In this document: in pieces, positions 1 to 8,544 of the stretch | Layout of the letters: the number at the start of each line of letters is the position of its first letter | Position numbering within the stretch: position 1 is the stretch's first letter | DNA from: a virus | Taxonomy: Duplodnaviria; Caudoviricetes | IMG/VR virus record: IMGVR_UViG_3300030397_000136 | Coordinates: 1-35,772 of that record | Reading direction: 5' to 3' (one strand) | DNA: 35,772 nt | Notes under the pieces: generated by a model | What the model was told of the DNA's origin: nothing | Seen by the model: the letters and a program-made list of their open reading frames with translations, nothing else | The model's database searches: none | Translations under genes and position numbers: made by a program

Positions 1-17
1 GTTTCCCAGTCACGATC
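1..17 (+). other. Random-amplification (Round A/B, SISPA-type) primer; library artefact
   Basis: GTTTCCCAGTCACGATC is the Round A/B primer tag; its exact reverse complement is at 35756-35772. Confidence 0.9.
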
Positions 18-113
18 CCTAGGTATAGTAATTTCTACGTCTAGGAAACGCTCCCCTGTTTGCACAATCTTGCTTTTCTGTACGTTGGTTACTTTTGCTT
101 TTGCTTTTGACAT
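18..113 (-). CDS. N-terminal part of a small protein split across the contig ends (MSKAKAKVTNVQKSKIVQTGERFLDVEITI...)
   Basis: ATG at 113 in GCTTATG context, open to the left end; appears to continue in 35755-35537. Confidence 0.7.
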
Positions 114-140
114 AAGCGTTTGGGGTTATGGCTAGTAATA

Positions 141-179
141 ACAGTATGTAGGGCTAGTTTTTGCTAGCCCTAATACTGT
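141..179 (-). terminator. Stem-loop after the major capsid gene (weak terminator or mRNA-stabilising hairpin)
   Basis: ACAGTAT-TAGGGCTAG-CAAAAA-CTAGCCCTA-C-ATACTGT, 8 nt after the capsid stop; poor U tract. Confidence 0.6.
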
Positions 180-187
180 CCAGGCGG

Positions 188-1276
188 TTAGCCTGTGATG
201 CGTGCGGTTGCAAGGTTCTTGCGTCGCTCGTCTACTACTTTCGCTCCGTAGACGTTAAGACCCTTGTACGCTTGTCCGAAGTTACCTACCAAGTCCTCAA
301 TACCTGTCTCCGTAAATGCCATAGCAAAGGTAATTGCTGACTTGTGCCCTGCGACAATCCAAAAGCCGTTGGTGTTGTCTCCGCTCACTTCTTCGTTCTC
401 GTAGAGGTCGAAACCTGCAATACGTGTAACAAATCCGTTAGCGATAACCTTCGTGTCGCTTTCAGTGTCTCGGGTTACTACTCCTGCCTCTAAGAGGTGT
501 CGCATGAAGTAGCTGTTTACTACTACAGTTCGGTTTGCTTTCGGTGTCTTATCTTCGTCAAGCTTCTGCTTTAGGTCGAGAAGCGTTGAGTAAGCGTTAC
601 TTGATGTAATCGCTCGTGCAGTGTTTGCCTCAATGGTGTATGAAGCACCTGCACTAATAGCACCTCCTGTGTAAGCACTTGTCTCGTCGTCCTTGTCGTC
701 CTCAATCGTGATAGAAGTTGTGCTCGTGAAGGTCTTGATGCGATACCAAACAGTGTGTCCAGTCGCTTTAAATCCAAGACCTACCATACCGCTAGTAAAT
801 GTAGTACCTGTTCCTGTAACTACACCCGTTGTTACTGCTACTGCGACTGTACCAGTTGTGTAGTCTGTTCCTACTCGGTTTCCGCTAGCTGCGTCGTCTT
901 TACCAATTCCGAGTACGTATGCGTCTACAGCTTCTTGAAGCTGCCCCGCCTTTTGCACCATGAGGGTGCTTTCTGGGTCTTTAACATAAGACTTAAACTT
1001 ATCAATCGACTTCACACGGAAGTAGTAAGCCTTCTGTTGGTCGGTGTTAAGAGTACCTTCGCTCTCTGTAACCTCACCCATAGTAAGGTCTGACCCGTCG
1101 TAATCTTGAAGACCTTGATCTTCGTCGAAGGTAAGAATGTTAAGACGACTTGCCTTGTTTTCAATCTCTCCCTCGTAGTCGTCGTTCGTAATCATCGGAG
1201 TAACTGCAGTCTCGAAAAAGCGCTCAATGGCTTTTGCTGCAAACTCCTCTGCTACGTTTGTTGCGTATGCTGACAT
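188..1276 (-). CDS. Major capsid protein (HK97 fold, P22-coat-like) with a Thr/Gly-rich inserted domain
   Basis: 362 aa, directly after scaffold; motifs NDDYEGEI, GFVTRIAGFDLYE, HKSAITFA, GLNVYGAKVV typical of this coat family. Confidence 0.85.
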   Translation of the reverse strand: MSAYATNVAEEFAAKAIERFFETAVTPMITNDDYEGEIENKASRLNILTFDEDQGLQDYDGSDLTMGEVTESEGTLNTDQQKAYYFRVKSIDKFKSYVKDPESTLMVQKAGQLQEAVDAYVLGIGKDDAASGNRVGTDYTTGTVAVAVTTGVVTGTGTTFTSGMVGLGFKATGHTVWYRIKTFTSTTSITIEDDKDDETSAYTGGAISAGASYTIEANTARAITSSNAYSTLLDLKQKLDEDKTPKANRTVVVNSYFMRHLLEAGVVTRDTESDTKVIANGFVTRIAGFDLYENEEVSGDNTNGFWIVAGHKSAITFAMAFTETGIEDLVGNFGQAYKGLNVYGAKVVDERRKNLATARITG

Positions 1277-1344
1277 AAGCTAAGTAATAAAGTTAGAAGT
1301 AATTGCTTTTAAGTTCAGTCAATTACCTAGCTTTGCAGTGTGGT

Positions 1345-2247
1345 TTATTGTCCACTCACGATAACTAGTTTGCCCGACTTCACAAGCTTGTTGTATTTGC
1401 GTTGGTCGTTTTTACGTAGGTCTGCTGCTTGCGCACCAGTCATTTCTACTTTACCTCCGCTCGTGGTTGTAACATCTTTAGCTCCTGCTGTGCCCGTCTC
1501 CATTCCTGGTCGTGGCTCTTCGCCTTCTGGTGCTGCTTCGACTGTGCCCTTAATAGACCCGTCTTTTAGCCCGTCAATAAACTTGTAGGCTAGCAGTTCC
1601 GTAGACTCTTGCAGGTTCTCTTCCTTGTAGATGTACTCCCTAAATAACTGCTCGTTTTCGGCAATATCCTTAAAGCGCTCCTGCCCTTTAAGGTTCGCAA
1701 TCTGCTTGTTAGTTTCTCGTTCGTCGTGTATTTCCGCTACCATACGCTGCATAGCTGCCATGTCTTTAGCCTGCTTTTTAGCGTATCTGATAACGTCCTT
1801 CTCGTCGTCCGATAGAAACTGGAAGCCTGGTATTGCGTCTTCTAGTTGCGTGTCTGTAAAACTAGGTGCGTTTGGGTTAGCTGTCGGGTTCGTTGGCTGC
1901 CCTGTCTCTGGGTCTATACCTCTATCCCGAAGGATAGACATAAGCCGTTGGTTCTCCCGTGTGCTATCCGCAAACTTTTGTTCGTAACCTTCGCCTTCGG
2001 CGTTTGGGGTAGCGCCCCCTGGAAGTTCGTTACGTACTCCACTCGGCGGTGTTTGTCCCGTCCCTGGTGTCTGGGTTGGCTCTTGTCCTGTAGGCTCTGT
2101 TGCTGCTCCCTCTGGGTTTGGTGTTGCACTTGGCTCGGTTGGCTTTGTAGGCTCTGTTGGCTGTGCTCCTCCGTCCGTTGGTGTAGCGGTTGGCTCTGTA
2201 GGTTGAGCGTCCGTACTGCTAGGGGTTTGGGGTGTTTTGTCTGACAT
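1345..2247 (-). CDS. Capsid scaffolding protein
   Basis: Between portal and capsid; disordered P/T/E-rich N-terminus, helical middle (YEQKFADSTRENQRL), basic C-terminal tip. Confidence 0.75.
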   Translation of the reverse strand: MSDKTPQTPSSTDAQPTEPTATPTDGGAQPTEPTKPTEPSATPNPEGAATEPTGQEPTQTPGTGQTPPSGVRNELPGGATPNAEGEGYEQKFADSTRENQRLMSILRDRGIDPETGQPTNPTANPNAPSFTDTQLEDAIPGFQFLSDDEKDVIRYAKKQAKDMAAMQRMVAEIHDERETNKQIANLKGQERFKDIAENEQLFREYIYKEENLQESTELLAYKFIDGLKDGSIKGTVEAAPEGEEPRPGMETGTAGAKDVTTTSGGKVEMTGAQAADLRKNDQRKYNKLVKSGKLVIVSGQ

Positions 2248-2258
2248 ATATAGTTTTG

Positions 2259-2298
2259 CCGTCCTCGGGTTTGGGTTTTATCCCGTCCTCGGGTTTGG
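2259..2298 (-). repeat. Two exact 16-bp direct repeats (CCAAACCCGAGGACGG) in the scaffold leader
   Basis: Copies at 2259-2274 and 2283-2298, 24-nt period, ending 11 nt before the ATG. Confidence 0.9.
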
Positions 2299-2334
2299 CT
2301 TAATTTTCTAAAAACTAACTATCTACTTATTTAC

Positions 2335-2556
2335 CTATACAGCTCTGCGGTTTGCGTCGCTGTTGGGTGTCTTCCAGTTCAAACCTTTTGGCTTGCCTTT
2401 CTGACTAAATGCGTGCGTTCCGCTTTTCTTCATGCCCTTTGCAGGTACAGGAAGCTTTGACTTAACGCTATCGCTTTTGCTACCCGCCATGTTGTGCTTC
2501 TTAACGCTTCCGCTAGATGCACGTTTGCTTGGGTATCGTCCGTCTGCTGTTGACAT
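2335..2556 (-). CDS. Small basic Lys/Ser-rich protein (possible core/DNA-binding virion protein)
   Basis: 73 aa, GCTTATG start, head module position. Confidence 0.65.
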   Translation of the reverse strand: MSTADGRYPSKRASSGSVKKHNMAGSKSDSVKSKLPVPAKGMKKSGTHAFSQKGKPKGLNWKTPNSDANRRAV

Positions 2557-2595
2557 AAGCTTAAATAGTTAGTCGAGTAATGAATATCTAGCTAT

Positions 2596-2868
2596 CTACT
2601 TTTTCTTTCCCGTCTTCTTCGTGGTCTTCTTCGCTGCAGTCTTCTTTGGTGCTTCGTCTGCACCTCCTCCGTTTGCTTTCTGCCAAGCTTTGACTGCTGC
2701 AGGTGTGATACCTACCTGTTTCTTCTCGGCTGCCGTAAGGTAGTCCCTACGTGCCATGAGCAAGTCAATCTGCACGTCCGAAAGTGCTTTAGGGTCTTGC
2801 TCTAGTGCGTGCTCGATACGTTCGAGTACGTCTGCGGGTAATTCCTTTTTGCTAATTTTGTCTGCCAT
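2596..2868 (-). CDS. Hypothetical head-module protein with Lys-rich tail
   Basis: 90 aa, ends APKKTAAKKTTKKTGKKK. Confidence 0.75.
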   Translation of the reverse strand: MADKISKKELPADVLERIEHALEQDPKALSDVQIDLLMARRDYLTAAEKKQVGITPAAVKAWQKANGGGADEAPKKTAAKKTTKKTGKKK

Positions 2869-2872
2869 ACAT

Positions 2873-3223
2873 CTACTTAGTGTTATCTATTAAACTCGTA
2901 ATATGTTCAATTAACGCCTGTCTTTCCCGTTCTGGTTCTTCTATGTATGCAATTATTTTAGCATAGTTTTCTAAACGGGCGCTTATAAATACGGCTTTCC
3001 TGTTATCTCCCTTTACTGTCGCTTCTCGTAACTCCGTGCTTAGGTTCTCGCTCTCTGCTTTTAGTTGTTCTCCTAACTTCTCCAGGGTTAGGTCTTCACT
3101 TAGTAACTTGTTCCACTCGTCGTAGGATTGTCGCTCCTCGTCCGTTAGTTCGTCGATGCCTCCTATTTTGAGCTTGGTAAGCCACTGTTTGATTAAACCC
3201 TGTGCTTTCGCCTTACTACTCAT
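2873..3223 (-). CDS. Hypothetical helical protein downstream of portal
   Basis: 116 aa ORF, tightly packed with neighbours. Confidence 0.75.
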   Translation of the reverse strand: MSSKAKAQGLIKQWLTKLKIGGIDELTDEERQSYDEWNKLLSEDLTLEKLGEQLKAESENLSTELREATVKGDNRKAVFISARLENYAKIIAYIEEPERERQALIEHITSLIDNTK

Positions 3224-3270
3224 ATAATAACGATTGTAATAACTATCTACAATACTAACCTGTTAATAAT

Positions 3271-5022
3271 CTACTGCGCTCGACCTGCAAGACTAGCTGC
3301 TTCTTGCTCTAGCGCTTGCGCTGCGGGTTGTACTTCTGCGGGCACTACCTCCTGTTGCCCTCGTGCTATCGCTTCTATTTTCTGCTCCTCAAACTGTTTA
3401 ATCTCTTCTATCTCCTGCGGTGTAAGGTCGAGGAGTGATACCATGCGCTTCTGAATTGCTTTACCTAGTGCAGGGTTGTCGGGAAACTCTTGTTTTACTG
3501 CCTTCATACGCACAATCTCGTCCGTCTTCTCCACCATTCTCTGTCGTGCACTTCCTGCCTCAATTTCGTATCCCTGTTCGCTTACCCAGTCCTCACGGCT
3601 TACTTCTTTCTTCACAATAGAGCCGTCGTGGGCTTTCTTGTATAGAGGTATCTTTTTGCCCTTTGGCATGTTTGCCTCTAGCATTGCGAAAAACTTAGTC
3701 GCTAGCCTTTTGTCCTTGTTCTGGTAGAGCGGTTGCAGGTCGTTGGTTCGCTCCTGTGCGTTTGCTACTGCTATCTCAATTTCTCCGAGTGTTCGCTTTA
3801 CGTCTTCCACTGCCCCCTTCTCAATAGCACCCGTTGCACTCGCACGCTCTGCAATCTGGGTAATAAACTGAATGTCATTAAGCGTTCCCTCTAGTGGCGG
3901 AATGTCTACACGTTGGTACACCTCTTTCGGGTTTCCTGGCAATGGATACCACCCAAACGGCTTAGGTTGAAACGTCTGCGGTTTGAAACCTTTTATCTTG
4001 CTGTTATAGAAGTTCATACCAAAGCTTCGCAGCGTTCGGTTCTCCATGTGTTGACTAATCCACATATTGATAGTCTTGTTCGGTACTCGTATGAGGTCTC
4101 CTACTCCGTCGCTCCAGTAGTCCGTAATCTCTACGTCTCCTGCCCACCCCTCGAATGGGTAAAAGTCTACGCCGAATGTGTTTGTAAGAGTGTCCGCACT
4201 TAGCACTGTCTCTTCGTTTGCTACCACTACGTAGTAACGCACAAACTCTTTAAGCTGCTTGTCCCACAAAAGCGTAAAGTGCCCGTCAAGGCTTACAATC
4301 TGCTCGTATCCTTCTAGGCTTTCTACGTCTTCTATTCCAAGCGCTTCTAGTCGCTCGTTCTTCTTGCGCATCTGGTCTCGATACCATTTAGGCTTTCGCC
4401 CTTTCTTCTTGTTGTCTGCCATTGCTTGCTTTAGCTCTGCCTTTGCAGCCCCGTCGTATTTGCTGCTTGCCAAAATCTCCTGCAGTGGTTTAAAAATCTC
4501 TGTCTTTACGAGATAGCGTGCTGTCTCGATGTCGTGCGGTTTGGTCTTTGGGTCTACCAAAAGCTCGTACACATCTTCTACATCTATCGTTACTGGTATG
4601 TCCTTCGTAGCGTCTACGTTCAAACTCATGTGAGTACGCCCGTAAAGCATACCTTGCTTTTTATCTACTCTATCCAAAATGAGCATGTTGTTTGCCTCTT
4701 GCGCACTAATCCATATCTGGTTAGCAATGATAGCCTTCTCTGCGTCGCCCCCTCGGTCTGTAAGGTGAATGTCCGTAATCTCGTTAATCTTTGACCCCAT
4801 AGTGCCTATGGTCTCTTTCATTAGCGGAATGTTTATAGCCTGCCTCTGGGTAAGGCGGTTAATGCGCACGATGTCTCTATGTAGTTCGTATATCTCGTTC
4901 CAGTGGTCGTGTCGTCTCTTCTGGTACTTTACAGTGGTAGCTTTCTCGTGTTCTAGTTTCTCCTTCAAGTCGTCTACCTCTATTCCACTGGGTAGGTTTA
5001 TTTTGCTTTTTGTTTTAGCCAT
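3271..5022 (-). CDS. Portal protein (P22-like)
   Basis: 583 aa between TerL and scaffold; LLVDP, YPF...D...YWSDGVGDLI, RTLGE motifs typical of podoviral portals. Confidence 0.85.
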   Translation of the reverse strand: MAKTKSKINLPSGIEVDDLKEKLEHEKATTVKYQKRRHDHWNEIYELHRDIVRINRLTQRQAINIPLMKETIGTMGSKINEITDIHLTDRGGDAEKAIIANQIWISAQEANNMLILDRVDKKQGMLYGRTHMSLNVDATKDIPVTIDVEDVYELLVDPKTKPHDIETARYLVKTEIFKPLQEILASSKYDGAAKAELKQAMADNKKKGRKPKWYRDQMRKKNERLEALGIEDVESLEGYEQIVSLDGHFTLLWDKQLKEFVRYYVVVANEETVLSADTLTNTFGVDFYPFEGWAGDVEITDYWSDGVGDLIRVPNKTINMWISQHMENRTLRSFGMNFYNSKIKGFKPQTFQPKPFGWYPLPGNPKEVYQRVDIPPLEGTLNDIQFITQIAERASATGAIEKGAVEDVKRTLGEIEIAVANAQERTNDLQPLYQNKDKRLATKFFAMLEANMPKGKKIPLYKKAHDGSIVKKEVSREDWVSEQGYEIEAGSARQRMVEKTDEIVRMKAVKQEFPDNPALGKAIQKRMVSLLDLTPQEIEEIKQFEEQKIEAIARGQQEVVPAEVQPAAQALEQEAASLAGRAQ

Positions 5023-5036
5023 AAATTATTTCGACC

Positions 5037-5147
5037 TTAAAAAAATAGTTTGTAAAGTTTCTCTAGTATAAAAATGTTCCCGCCTATCATTCCCGTAGTG
5101 ATAAGCAGCTTCATTAGCTTGCGTGATGTTGGCTTTTCTTTAGTCAT
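5037..5147 (-). CDS. 36-aa hydrophobic peptide (MTKEKPTSRKLMKLLITTGMIGGNIFILEKLYKLFF)
   Basis: Translated by hand; first ATG after the 34-bp promoter repeat; fills the gap before portal. Confidence 0.5.
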   Translation of the reverse strand: MTKEKPTSRKLMKLLITTGMIGGNIFILEKLYKLFF

Positions 5148-5152
5148 ATTGC

Positions 5153-5186
5153 TTAATTTATTATAGCGTTTATTAGTACGTTTTTA
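5153..5186 (-). promoter_or_regulatory. Putative late promoter, copy 1 (head operon)
   Basis: TAAAAACGTACTAATAAACGCTATAATAAATTAA, identical to 30281-30314; contains TATAAT. Confidence 0.75.
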
Positions 5187-5205
5187 AACTCCTACTTGTT
5201 TATAT

Positions 5206-5409
5206 CTAGTATTCTTCCTCGTCGTCGTAGTCATTCCATGAAGCGTCGAAGCCTATAGCACTCGCTAGTTCGTCTTTCGACCTTACCGCCTGCCGTATCT
5301 CTACTGGCTTGTTCCGCTTCTCGTTCTTTAGTGCTTCCTCTAGCGTTGCTGCCTTCACTATCTTGCGCACTACCCATATCTTCTTTTTTGGTGTCTTCTT
5401 CTTGCTCAT
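5206..5409 (-). CDS. Hypothetical protein
   Basis: 67 aa, ATGA overlap with TerL stop. Confidence 0.7.
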   Translation of the reverse strand: MSKKKTPKKKIWVVRKIVKAATLEEALKNEKRNKPVEIRQAVRSKDELASAIGFDASWNDYDDEEEY

Positions 5410-6833
5410 ATCCCTATGTCTGGGTAATAAGGTTCTACTCCCCCTACGTCGTCTGGCATTTCGTACTCCTCCTCTGGCTCTTTCGGTACGAATGTAAAGC
5501 TAAGTGCATCTGCCACTCCGAGGTCGTTTACCTTGTACTTCTTTCGTAGGTCTTCCTTGCTCACAATCTGCATCTTCCCTCCTTTGGTCTTGTATTTCAC
5601 TGCAAGTAACATCTTCCATTCTGGGTGTCGTTCTAGTCTCCCTCCCCCTTTCACCCACTCTGCAGCTTTCCAAAAGATATACGCCCGTAGGTTCTTAAAA
5701 CTCTTTGCGTCTTCGTTCTCGTCTATGTCGTCTTGCTCTACTTGCTTTCCTGCGTTCACACGTACGAGCTTACGCTTTGTCTCCTTTGCTTTATCTAGCC
5801 TCGATACTGCTGCGTTTCCTGCAGGTAGGTCGTCTACATACAGTCCTTCTACCTCATTCCTGTATTCTGCTACCTTGTCTCCAAACTCTGCGCTCCGCAT
5901 GTTAAAGCTCGTAAAGGCTACCTTTGCTAGGTTGGTGCTGCGCAAAACAATAGCACTCATGTTTGCCCCTCCGTCTGCTCCGTCTCCTCCAAGCTTCTTA
6001 GCTCCTATGCTGTCTACTGTTCCTGGCTCACATTGCGCACTTTCAATAAGCCTATGGCTGAATAGTGGCAAGAAGCCATACTTATCTTTTCCTTCGTCGT
6101 CTGGGAATTGATTAAGATACAACACTTCGTAGTGTTGCTTTTTCTTTACGGCGTTGTGCATTGCTTCTGTCGCACGCCCCTCTTTTATTCCTCTGTGTAT
6201 GTCTATGTTTATGTGGTAATACTCCTCGTCTATAAATGCTGCTTTAAAGTGGTTGTTTTCCCACGGGTTGCCTATCTTCACAATGAAGTTGTCTTTACTG
6301 TCTCCAAGCATACGGAAGGCTTTAGCCTCGTCGCTGTCGTCAATAAGCCCTGCCTCGTCTAGCACAAGGTTCGGTGCTCCGTGTCCCATAGTCTGCTTCG
6401 CACTGTAGGTACGTACTTCTCCTCCTCCTAAAAATGTAATGTGGTCTCGTGCTCTACGCTGTGTAAGTTTTAGCTCGTTCTTTAGCTGCCGTAGGTTTGT
6501 CTTTAGCTTGTTCGATAGTAGGGGTTCGTTCACCACAAAATAAATCACGTAGTCCATGATAATCTGCGCCTGCTCTTTCGTCGGTGCGACGATAGCCCAC
6601 TTCTCCTTTTTCAATGCTGCTCGTGTCCCTACTGTTGCCCCTACCACTAAACTCTTCCCGTATCGGGTGTGTGCCATTACGTGTATCTTTGTTTTTCCGT
6701 CTGGGCTTTTCCTATTTAAAATGCACTCTCCTATTTCCTTCTGTCCTGGCTTGATAACGTCGTTAAGTAGTATGCCCTCTTGGGTTTTGTATCGCATCGC
6801 CTGCAGCATCTTGTCTATTGCGGGTGTCTGCAT
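5406..6833 (-). CDS. terL: Terminase large subunit
   Basis: Walker A-like AHTRYGKS, IVAPTKEQA, Walker B LVLDEAG, IGNP coupling motif, RNase H-like acidic residues (GGDGADGG, YVDD, DLGVADAL). Confidence 0.92.
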   Translation of the reverse strand: MQTPAIDKMLQAMRYKTQEGILLNDVIKPGQKEIGECILNRKSPDGKTKIHVMAHTRYGKSLVVGATVGTRAALKKEKWAIVAPTKEQAQIIMDYVIYFVVNEPLLSNKLKTNLRQLKNELKLTQRRARDHITFLGGGEVRTYSAKQTMGHGAPNLVLDEAGLIDDSDEAKAFRMLGDSKDNFIVKIGNPWENNHFKAAFIDEEYYHINIDIHRGIKEGRATEAMHNAVKKKQHYEVLYLNQFPDDEGKDKYGFLPLFSHRLIESAQCEPGTVDSIGAKKLGGDGADGGANMSAIVLRSTNLAKVAFTSFNMRSAEFGDKVAEYRNEVEGLYVDDLPAGNAAVSRLDKAKETKRKLVRVNAGKQVEQDDIDENEDAKSFKNLRAYIFWKAAEWVKGGGRLERHPEWKMLLAVKYKTKGGKMQIVSKEDLRKKYKVNDLGVADALSFTFVPKEPEEEYEMPDDVGGVEPYYPDIGI

Positions 6834-6834
6834 A

Positions 6835-7269
6835 CTATTTTTCTTTTATTCTCTCCCTAATATATTTAAGGTCTGCATCGTTAAATAGCCCCTTGCTGTC
6901 TTTCAGTAAATCTAGGTCTCGGTTCTCTATAATCTCCTGCATGACATTATTTTTCTTCTCTGCTACCTCCTTCTCTTTTATCTTCTTCACTGCCTCGCTC
7001 ACATTCCTAAACATGGTCTCCATTTCTCCCGCTTTTATTGCGTTACTAAAATGACATATCCACTCTTTGCGCCCTTCCCCGTAAAGGCTAGGCTCGTTCT
7101 CTCTCATGTGCTGCATTACTGATGCTATCGCTTCCTCTGTTGTGTAGGCTACTGCGTGGTGCATGTATACTTGCACTTGTCCGCCCTGCTTATTGTGCAT
7201 GACGATAATAAAAAACATCGGCTCTAGCTCCCGTGGTTCTTTTTTAAGTTGTAGTTTGTATCCTGTCAT
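6835..7269 (-). CDS. Hypothetical protein
   Basis: 144 aa, GCTTATG start, stop 1 nt before TerL start. Confidence 0.75.
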   Translation of the reverse strand: MTGYKLQLKKEPRELEPMFFIIVMHNKQGGQVQVYMHHAVAYTTEEAIASVMQHMRENEPSLYGEGRKEWICHFSNAIKAGEMETMFRNVSEAVKKIKEKEVAEKKNNVMQEIIENRDLDLLKDSKGLFNDADLKYIRERIKEK

Positions 7270-7276
7270 AAGCTAT

Positions 7277-7384
7277 TAGAGACGTATGGTTTCCCCTACA
7301 CCTCTAGCAGCTTACAAGCTGCTATACCACCTTAGCCGTTCTACAATGCCCCTTAAAGGTTATTGCGTTTCGTACTTGGTAGTA
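7277..7384 (-). ncRNA. Candidate structured intergenic RNA (three consecutive stem-loops)
   Basis: TACTACC/GGTGGTA closed domain; TAGCAGCTT/AAGCTGCTA; TAGAGGTGTA/TACGTCTCTA capped by GG-GAAA-CC. Confidence 0.4.
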
Positions 7385-7389
7385 AAATC

Positions 7390-7872
7390 CTACTCTTTTG
7401 TCTCCTCCTTCTGCTCTCCGTCTTCTTTGAGCTTTTGCTCTATAATCTTCGTCTTCATTTCTGCTTGATACTTTGCCGTTACCCCTTTCGGATATTCTGG
7501 CTTGCCTCCCCAGTTCTCGGGGTTAAGTTCACACTTCTTACACTTCGTCATTTCCTTGTGCATTTCGTGCTTACACTCGCTGCGTAGGTCTAGGTTCTCC
7601 TGCAGTGCTACGCTCCACGGCTTTACTTCTGGTGGTGGTACATGCTCGATAAGCTTTAGCTGCGCTGTAAGTCCTGTATTCTCGTCAAAGACGTACTTAA
7701 TATCAAACTGTAGCCCCGTCTCTTGGCACACTTTCTGGTACTTGTCTAAGAAGTCTTGCGCCCTTCGCATTTCTTTTGCCTTCTTGCTCTCTAGGTCTTT
7801 CTTGCTTGGTTGTCGATAACCCTTGCGACCTTTGTTTTGCAATCTCTTTAGTAATCCTTTTTTCTTTCCCAT
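7390..7872 (-). CDS. Hypothetical protein with basic N-terminus and CxH...CxxC motif
   Basis: 160 aa, TAGATATATG start context. Confidence 0.75.
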   Translation of the reverse strand: MGKKKGLLKRLQNKGRKGYRQPSKKDLESKKAKEMRRAQDFLDKYQKVCQETGLQFDIKYVFDENTGLTAQLKLIEHVPPPEVKPWSVALQENLDLRSECKHEMHKEMTKCKKCELNPENWGGKPEYPKGVTAKYQAEMKTKIIEQKLKEDGEQKEETKE

Positions 7873-7920
7873 ATATCTAATCTACTTATAGTTTTAATAA
7901 TATGACCTTTTGTTTTACTT

Positions 7921-7949
7921 ATTATAAATGTTGTAAGTCTTTTCGACTA
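7921..7949 (-). promoter_or_regulatory. Possible promoter (partial match to early promoter family)
   Basis: AAAAGACTTACAACATT-TATAAT in an intergenic gap; -35 weak. Confidence 0.45.
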
Positions 7950-8177
7950 GCGTAACCCTGTGTAAAACGGGTTTCTAAATGTCCAATCCTTCCAAATACC
8001 CATGTAGTCTTTCCCGCTCTCTAGCTGCACTGGCTCACATGGCGCAATCCTATAGAGCTTGAAACACCATAAGCTAACTCTAAATGCTGCTCCTGGCAAT
8101 CTCATAGGACACCACCCTATAGTAAATCCATAGTTCCATATTTCGGGGTCGTTTTGTAATGGTCTTCCTATGCGCAT
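7947..8177 (-). CDS. Hypothetical protein
   Basis: 76 aa, start abuts previous stop. Confidence 0.6.
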   Translation of the reverse strand: MRIGRPLQNDPEIWNYGFTIGWCPMRLPGAAFRVSLWCFKLYRIAPCEPVQLESGKDYMGIWKDWTFRNPFYTGLR

Positions 8178-8178
8178 A

Positions 8179-8544
8179 CTATTTTTTCTTTAAGCTCTCT
8201 ATGTAACTCCTTCGTCTTAGTATCTTTAACCTCTGCATCTGCATGTCTCTATCCTTCGCTTTAACTCTTTCCTCAAAGTCTAGCTGTGCGTCGTATAGTA
8301 GCTTCCATTTATCTATCCTTGCTTGGTCTCCACTCTTAAACGCTTCCGTAAGATGCTGCTTTATCTCCTGTAGCGTTAGAGGCTTTGGCTTCTTAGCTTC
8401 TTCCTTTGCCTTCTTCGCTAGCTCTGCCTGTCTCTGCTTGTATTGCTTCTTTTGTCTCTCTCGTGCCTTTCTCCTACCGCACTCGTTACACCATTTCCAC
8501 GAGGGTAGTATCTGCTTTTTACATCCGCCTGGGCAAACTTTCAT
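8179..8544 (-). CDS. Hypothetical protein with N-terminal Zn ribbon (CPGGC...CNEC) and basic helices
   Basis: 121 aa, ATGA overlap with the ATPase gene. Confidence 0.7.
   Translation of the reverse strand: MKVCPGGCKKQILPSWKWCNECGRRKARERQKKQYKQRQAELAKKAKEEAKKPKPLTLQEIKQHLTEAFKSGDQARIDKWKLLYDAQLDFEERVKAKDRDMQMQRLKILRRRSYIESLKKK

Noticed and set aside
2259-2298. Mini-CRISPR array
   Set aside because: Only two 16-bp repeats with an 8-nt spacer
7300-7345. tRNA-Tyr-like anticodon arm (GCAGC-TTGTAA-GCTGC)
   Set aside because: No 7-nt loop, no TTCG T-arm, no acceptor stem
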